Source of the DNA: Microbacterium sp.
Lineage (GTDB): Bacteria > Actinomycetota > Actinomycetes > Actinomycetales > Microbacteriaceae
DNA length: 50,408 bases
Reading direction: 5' to 3'
NCBI GenBank assembly: GCA_047606965.1
Contig: JASGDW010000102.1
Span: 1 to 50,408 of the forward strand
In this document: positions 45,630 through 50,408 of the stretch, in pieces
Layout of the letters: each line of letters starts with the position of its first letter
Position numbering within the stretch: the stretch's first letter is position 1
Notes under the pieces: model-generated
Databases searched by the model: none
What the model saw: only the letters and a program-made list of their open reading frames with translations
What the model was told of the DNA's origin: nothing
Position numbers and translations under genes: made by a program

Positions 45630-47494
45630 AGGGGGCGGTGGTTGCTGAGCCACGGGACGACATCTCGAGTGCCGTCGGACCACACGACGGTGACACTCGC
45701 GTCACCCCAATCGATCACGGGCAAGTCCGGGATAGGGCCCGCCCCCAGCATGATGAGCGCGCCGACACGGAACACCGCCGAGTCGCCGGACGGCGTCCAA
45801 CGAACCGACGGCAGCGCCGACGAGACCCCGAGCACCGATTCGCCCCGCTGCTCCACCCCCGCGACTCCTCCCGCCGTGAGCGCGCCTACCGTGCTGGAGA
45901 TCCCCGTCTCGGCCGACACGGTGGCCACCCCTCCCCCCACGGCAGTTCGCAGCGACTCGCCGGGCAACATGTACCCGGTCATCGCGATGGTCTCGCCAGC
46001 GCGAACCGGAACCTCGGCGAACCTCACCTCGACGCCCCCGCGGATACGCGCTCCCCAGCGGATGAGACGCCCGGGGATCACTCGGCCGGCGAGCGGCGTC
46101 GCTGTGGCGGTGACGGCGACCCCGCCGGCATCCGAGACGCTGCCCTGGAGCGTCTCCTCCCACCAGGCAGGTCCATACTGCTCGTGCACCGTGCCGATCC
46201 AGTTGTCGGGCATATGTTCCTCGGTCGCGAACTCACGTTCGCTGTTCTCGCGCAGCCACGGCGCGGTGGCCGAGGAGTAGGCGACACGGTTGTACCAGGC
46301 GTCGTCGACGCTCTCCCACCTGCTGGCGTCACGAACCTTCGTGGGGCGCGACACCCCCAGATTGATGAGACGAACGACCCCGTCGCTCCTGGTGCCGCTC
46401 AAGAGCCATCCAGTGGGGGGAAGTGCCTTCGTGAAATCTCCGGACTCGACGGGGAGAGGCTCCTCGTCTGCATGCCAGAACGGATGCTGCTCCGACATGA
46501 GGAGAACGGCGAAGGCCTTGGCCAGCCAGTAGGCGGATCCGGGACCGCTGTAGCCCGGCACCATGGGGAGGAACGGCCGATTCCAGCCCTGCGCTACCGG
46601 GACGTGCGCAAGGTCCTGTCGCAACAGCGACGTGTGCAGGAGCTTGCGCAGGGCGCGACGGGAGACACCGGCCTCGGCGGCGTTCACACCAACGAGCTGC
46701 CCGGCGGCCAATGAGGCTCCGATCGCAGTGGTGTAGATCAAGGAACGTCCCTGAAGCACGGGCGTGCCGTCGGCACCGAAGAAGTGCAGGAGCTGCCGGT
46801 TGTATGCGCTGGCCCGGTCTCGTATCCGCTGGACTCGTTCGGCCAGGGGATCACTGCTGAGATGCAGCCACATCAGCGGGTAGAAGTGGAATGCCCAGCT
46901 GTTGTAGTAATCGAAGATTCCATCCCGGGGACCCCGGCCATCGGTGTACCACCCGTTGCCTCGGTAGATGGATCCAAGCCCTTGGAACGCCTCCCGCACC
47001 TCACGTTCGAAGTCGCCTTCGCCGACCTCGGCGAGAAACGAGAGAACGACAACACGGAAAAGCAGCCAGTTCCCCAGGCTCGACTCCTTGTCTCGAACCT
47101 GAACAAGGTAGGAGGCGATCGCATCACGCTCACATCGGCTCAGCCCGTCCCAGAGGCGGCTGCGGCTGATCCAGAGGCCGAGCGCGATGCTGCACACCTC
47201 GACCATGGCCTGTCCGTCGTCGCGCAACGCAGGCCAGGCTCCACCGGCACCACGCAGCAGTCCCGGAAGGTACCGATGGAGGCGCTCAGCGTCCCCGCTC
47301 ATGGCCGCGAGAAGGAAGGTGCGCGAGAACGCCTCGAACTGGTCCACTTCCGGCCCGTTGGCACTCGCCCTCCCCGGGAGCCGAATACCGGAACCGTCTT
47401 CGCTGCGAAACGGCTCAACCGCGTCGAGCATATGTTCTGCGGCAAGCGCCCAGACTTCTCGAGGACGTCCGCCTCCGACGACACTCTCGTTCAT
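45626..47494 (-). CDS. DUF2264-family protein (alpha/alpha-barrel, possible glycosidase)
   Basis: FEAFSRTFL, QAMVE, NWLLF, GWYTDG...FDYYNSWAFHFY, GRSLIY and YSGPGSAYW. ATG 47494 overlaps the upstream stop. Confidence 0.8.
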   Translation of the reverse strand: MNESVVGGGRPREVWALAAEHMLDAVEPFRSEDGSGIRLPGRASANGPEVDQFEAFSRTFLLAAMSGDAERLHRYLPGLLRGAGGAWPALRDDGQAMVEVCSIALGLWISRSRLWDGLSRCERDAIASYLVQVRDKESSLGNWLLFRVVVLSFLAEVGEGDFEREVREAFQGLGSIYRGNGWYTDGRGPRDGIFDYYNSWAFHFYPLMWLHLSSDPLAERVQRIRDRASAYNRQLLHFFGADGTPVLQGRSLIYTTAIGASLAAGQLVGVNAAEAGVSRRALRKLLHTSLLRQDLAHVPVAQGWNRPFLPMVPGYSGPGSAYWLAKAFAVLLMSEQHPFWHADEEPLPVESGDFTKALPPTGWLLSGTRSDGVVRLINLGVSRPTKVRDASRWESVDDAWYNRVAYSSATAPWLRENSEREFATEEHMPDNWIGTVHEQYGPAWWEETLQGSVSDAGGVAVTATATPLAGRVIPGRLIRWGARIRGGVEVRFAEVPVRAGETIAMTGYMLPGESLRTAVGGGVATVSAETGISSTVGALTAGGVAGVEQRGESVLGVSSALPSVRWTPSGDSAVFRVGALIMLGAGPIPDLPVIDWGDASVTVVWSDGTRDVVPWLSNHRPL

Positions 47495-48516
47495 GCGCTC
47501 CACCTGAGCGTCTCCGCCGTGATGGCTTCGGGGATGGATTCACCGCGAAGCATCCGAACTGCTTGCCGCACCGCTTCGTCACCGAGGCGATACAGTTCGG
47601 TGCCCTGAGCACCTGCCAGATGTGGGGTCACCAGCGCGTTCGCCGAACGGAGGAACACGCTCTCAGGGGGAAGCCGTTCCGGGGCCGTCGTATCCAGGAT
47701 CGCGTAGATGCGTCCCCGTCTCAGCTCAGACCCGAGCGCGTCATGGTCCACCAGCGACGCGCGAGCCGTGTTGATCAGCGTCGCGCCGTCTCTCATCAGC
47801 GCCAGCTCCCGGGCGCCGATCATGCCGTTGGTGGAGGGGAGCTCCGGCGCGTGCAAGCTGACGATGTCGGCGCGGCGGAGCGCCTCCTCCAGCGGTGTGC
47901 TCGTCGCCCCGTCCAGGTCTGAACCGTTCGGCAGGAACGGATCCACGACCAGGACGGTGAAATCGAAAGGTTTGAGCAGCTCGATCACGCGCCTGCCGAT
48001 GCGTGACGCGCCGACGATCGCGACCGTTCTCCGACTGTTGCCGATGTGCGGATACTCCCGCAGGAGGTGTATCTCACCACCTGCACGGTACGCCCGCGAG
48101 ATCCAGATGGCCTCCTTCCCCGCGAGCAGGATCATGCTCAGCGTGAACTCCGCGACGGGGATCGCGTTGGCTTCCGCTGCCGAGGTCACGACGATTCCCC
48201 GATCCCAGACCTCTGACCTCAGGTGCGTCTTCACGCTTCCGGCCGCGTGCGCGATTCCGCGAAGTCGCGGCAGAGCGTCGAGAACTCTCCCGTCGATGAT
48301 CGGCGCACCCCAGCCTGTGATGAGGACTTCGATCGATTCGAGCGTCCGCGGGTCTTCGAGGCTCCAGTCGGAGATCACGTGCGGGTATACCCGGCCCGCG
48401 GAAGACAGAGCTTGCGACGCTTCCGAGGTGATCAGCTTGCCGACGAGGTCCGGCAGCATCGCGTACGCGACCTGTGGTGCCGCCGCAGACGCGTGGCGCT
48501 GATCGAGGTTGGTCAT
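47491..48516 (-). CDS. D-isomer-specific 2-hydroxyacid dehydrogenase
   Basis: TGWGAP, HAAGSVK, ANAIPVAE, VGASRIG, INTAR, LDT...PE and TPHLAG. Confidence 0.9.
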   Translation of the reverse strand: MTNLDQRHASAAAPQVAYAMLPDLVGKLITSEASQALSSAGRVYPHVISDWSLEDPRTLESIEVLITGWGAPIIDGRVLDALPRLRGIAHAAGSVKTHLRSEVWDRGIVVTSAAEANAIPVAEFTLSMILLAGKEAIWISRAYRAGGEIHLLREYPHIGNSRRTVAIVGASRIGRRVIELLKPFDFTVLVVDPFLPNGSDLDGATSTPLEEALRRADIVSLHAPELPSTNGMIGARELALMRDGATLINTARASLVDHDALGSELRRGRIYAILDTTAPERLPPESVFLRSANALVTPHLAGAQGTELYRLGDEAVRQAVRMLRGESIPEAITAETLRWSA

Positions 48517-48543
48517 CGATATGGCTTTCTTCTGTGCGTGACC

Positions 48544-49497
48544 TCAGCCCTTGATCGCACCGGCGGCACCAGCTCCGCGCAGGAACTGCTTCTGGAACAA
48601 GAGGAAGACGAGGACGGGGATGAACGTTGCGATGAACATCCCGGCGATGACCAGCGACTGGTCCGACGTCTCACTGATCCTCGCGAGGGCGACGGAGAGC
48701 GGCTGGCGACTCGGCGTCGGAAGCACCAGCAGGGGCCAGAGGAATTCCTTCCACGACCCCATGAACGCCAGCAGGACGAGGACGCCGAGTATCGGCTTCG
48801 ACAAAGGCAGAACGATCGACCAGAGCATTCGGAAGACTCCGCACCCATCCGATCTCGCCGCCTCGAACAGCTCGCGCGGGATGGATTCGAAGTACTGCTT
48901 CACGATGAGGATGTAGAACGCATTCGCGGCGCCCGGGAGCCAGACGGCCCACCACGAGTCGATCAGACTGATGTTCAGGATCGGAACGCGGACGACCGTC
49001 AGGTACAGCGGCACGAGCGAGATCACAGCCGGGATGAACAGCGTGGCCATGATCGCGCCGTTCAGGACCTTGCCGTATCTCGGGCGGAGAATGGCGAGCA
49101 CGTAGGCCGCTGTCGTCGTCACGATCAGCGAGGCGACGACATCGCCAAGGGCGATGAGCACGGTATTCAGGGCGTACCCGCCGATGTCGATCTTGGTCCA
49201 TGCGACCCAGAGGTTGCTCCATTGGGCGCCCGACAGCGGCCACAGTGACAAGGGTGCGCCGTAGATGTCGGTCGTGCTGGAGATCGCCGATTTCGCGAGC
49301 CACAACAAGGGCCCCAGACCCGCGATCAGGAGCCCCACGATGGCGCAGGTGATCAGCGCGAATTTGGCGAAGCGCAAGGACGGCTTGCGCATGTCTCCGC
49401 TTGAGAAGATCCCGCGCGGGATGCCTTCTTCTTCCTCACGGGCACGGCGACGGCCGCGCACGGCTTTTGCTTCGGGCAATGTGGGCTGTCCGCTCAT
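48544..49497 (-). CDS. Carbohydrate ABC transporter permease (MalG-like)
   Basis: EAA loop IPRELFEAARSDG, IVLPLSKP, WKEFLWPL and FQKQFLRG. Confidence 0.92.
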   Translation of the reverse strand: MSGQPTLPEAKAVRGRRRAREEEEGIPRGIFSSGDMRKPSLRFAKFALITCAIVGLLIAGLGPLLWLAKSAISSTTDIYGAPLSLWPLSGAQWSNLWVAWTKIDIGGYALNTVLIALGDVVASLIVTTTAAYVLAILRPRYGKVLNGAIMATLFIPAVISLVPLYLTVVRVPILNISLIDSWWAVWLPGAANAFYILIVKQYFESIPRELFEAARSDGCGVFRMLWSIVLPLSKPILGVLVLLAFMGSWKEFLWPLLVLPTPSRQPLSVALARISETSDQSLVIAGMFIATFIPVLVFLLFQKQFLRGAGAAGAIKG

Positions 49498-50408
49498 TTG
49501 GTGTTCCAGCGTCGAGTCAGTCGGAAGTAGATCAGCGAGATCACGCCGAGGCCGATGGCGAGCATCACGCTGAGCGCCGCCGCGCCGCCGTAATCTCCGC
49601 GGACGAAGGCATAGTTGAAGATGAGCATCAGCAACGAGATCGTGGCATTGTTCGGGCCACCGCCAGTCATGAGATAGGGCTCGGCGAAGACCTGGAACGT
49701 GCCGATGATCTGCAGGAGGAGAAGAAGCAGGATCGTGCCGCGCAGCTGCGGGAGCGTCACATGCCAGAAGCGACGAACGGGATTGGCACCGTCGAGCTCC
49801 GCTGCCTCATACAGTTGCGTGTCGATCGCAGTGATCGCTGCGAGATAGATGATGGTCGTCGATCCGAAGCCGATCCACGTCGCTTGGACGACGATGGCCG
49901 GCATCGCCGATGAGGCATCTTGAAGGAATGGGAATGGCCCGAGTCCGACAAGACCCAGAACAGCGTTGATCAGCCCGTCTTCGCTCGGGCGGTAGAACAC
50001 CTTCCACAGCAGGATGCCGACAACGGGCGGGACCATCACCGGCAGGAAGGCCAGCACACTCGCAAGGCGACGGATTCGACGCATCTCGCCGATGATCGTG
50101 GCGAGGACCAACGGAACCGGAAACCCGATCACCAATGCGAGGACCGCGAAGTAAGCGGTGTTCTGGAGCGCTCGCCCCAGAAGGGGATCGGTCAGAACAG
50201 TCTCGAAGTTCTCCAGCCCGACCCAGTCGGTCACGATGAAGTTGGTCTCCTGGAGGCTGAGCAGCACGCCTTGCAGAATCGGCCACCACGAGAAGAGACC
50301 GAAGACCAGGAGGACAGGCAGTACGAGCAGGAACGTCGCCGCGTGTTCCCGCGCCTTGCCACCCGTGAACGCAGACCACCGCGGCCTCCGCCGTGGCGGG
50401 GAGACGGG
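49494..50408 (-). CDS. Carbohydrate ABC transporter permease (MalF-like), 5' end outside the window
   Basis: WVGLENF, LYEAAELDGA, HVTLPQL and GGGPNNAT. The frame stays open to the window edge and includes the TM segment FLLVLPVLLVFGLFSWWPI upstream of the ORF-track start. Confidence 0.9.
   Translation of the reverse strand, partial: PVSPPRRRPRWSAFTGGKAREHAATFLLVLPVLLVFGLFSWWPILQGVLLSLQETNFIVTDWVGLENFETVLTDPLLGRALQNTAYFAVLALVIGFPVPLVLATIIGEMRRIRRLASVLAFLPVMVPPVVGILLWKVFYRPSEDGLINAVLGLVGLGPFPFLQDASSAMPAIVVQATWIGFGSTTIIYLAAITAIDTQLYEAAELDGANPVRRFWHVTLPQLRGTILLLLLLQIIGTFQVFAEPYLMTGGGPNNATISLLMLIFNYAFVRGDYGGAAALSVMLAIGLGVISLIYFRLTRRWNTK

Noticed and set aside
1-50408. CRISPR arrays, tRNA/rRNA genes, IS elements, integrases, toxin-antitoxin or anti-phage systems, RiPP/NRPS clusters
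   Set aside because: No regularly spaced repeats, RNA-gene signatures, transposase or recombinase motifs, or biosynthetic modification enzymes were seen. The two small ORFs lack adjacent maturation enzymes, so they are not called RiPP precursors.

Overview
High-GC actinobacterial chromosomal segment (Microbacteriaceae-like, judged from gene content and style) with about 45 protein-coding genes. I saw no rRNA, tRNA, CRISPR array, IS element or prophage. There are four blocks. (1) 1-18.6 kb: a complete myo-inositol catabolic operon (iolC, Cgl0159-type aldolase, iolA, iolB, iolD, iolE, iolG, transaldolase) divergent from a GntR/HutC IolR-type regulator. It is flanked on both sides by transporter + hydrolase modules (MFS + alpha/beta hydrolase; family-5 ABC importer + type-B carboxylesterase), and both modules carry the same TGT-N4-ACA box as the iol promoter. 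This suggests an undescribed inositol-ester/conjugate uptake and deacylation branch. (2) 18.8-32.3 kb: an envelope/efflux island around a HisKA_3 kinase + NarL-type regulator. Five intergenic regions share one exactly spaced promoter architecture (7-2-7 inverted repeat, 17 nt, GSACGA, 22 nt, -10 hexamer). The predicted regulon includes two small proteins (29 and 46 aa) missing from the ORF track and several orphan membrane proteins. A collapsed luciferase-like gene relic lies in the same block. (3) 32.3-36.0 kb: two related TetR regulators with three shared operators, controlling an FNR-like reductase, a DJ-1/Hsp31 protein and an epimerase-like protein. (4) 36.1-50.4 kb: a lower-GC LacI-associated glycan utilisation locus (sugar ABC permeases, 2-hydroxyacid dehydrogenase, DUF2264, GH78, GH38, ThuA-like, heparinase II/III-like lyase). 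All family calls come from motif recognition by eye, with no database search. Many start codons were re-picked from the ORF track using SD motifs and stop/start overlaps.
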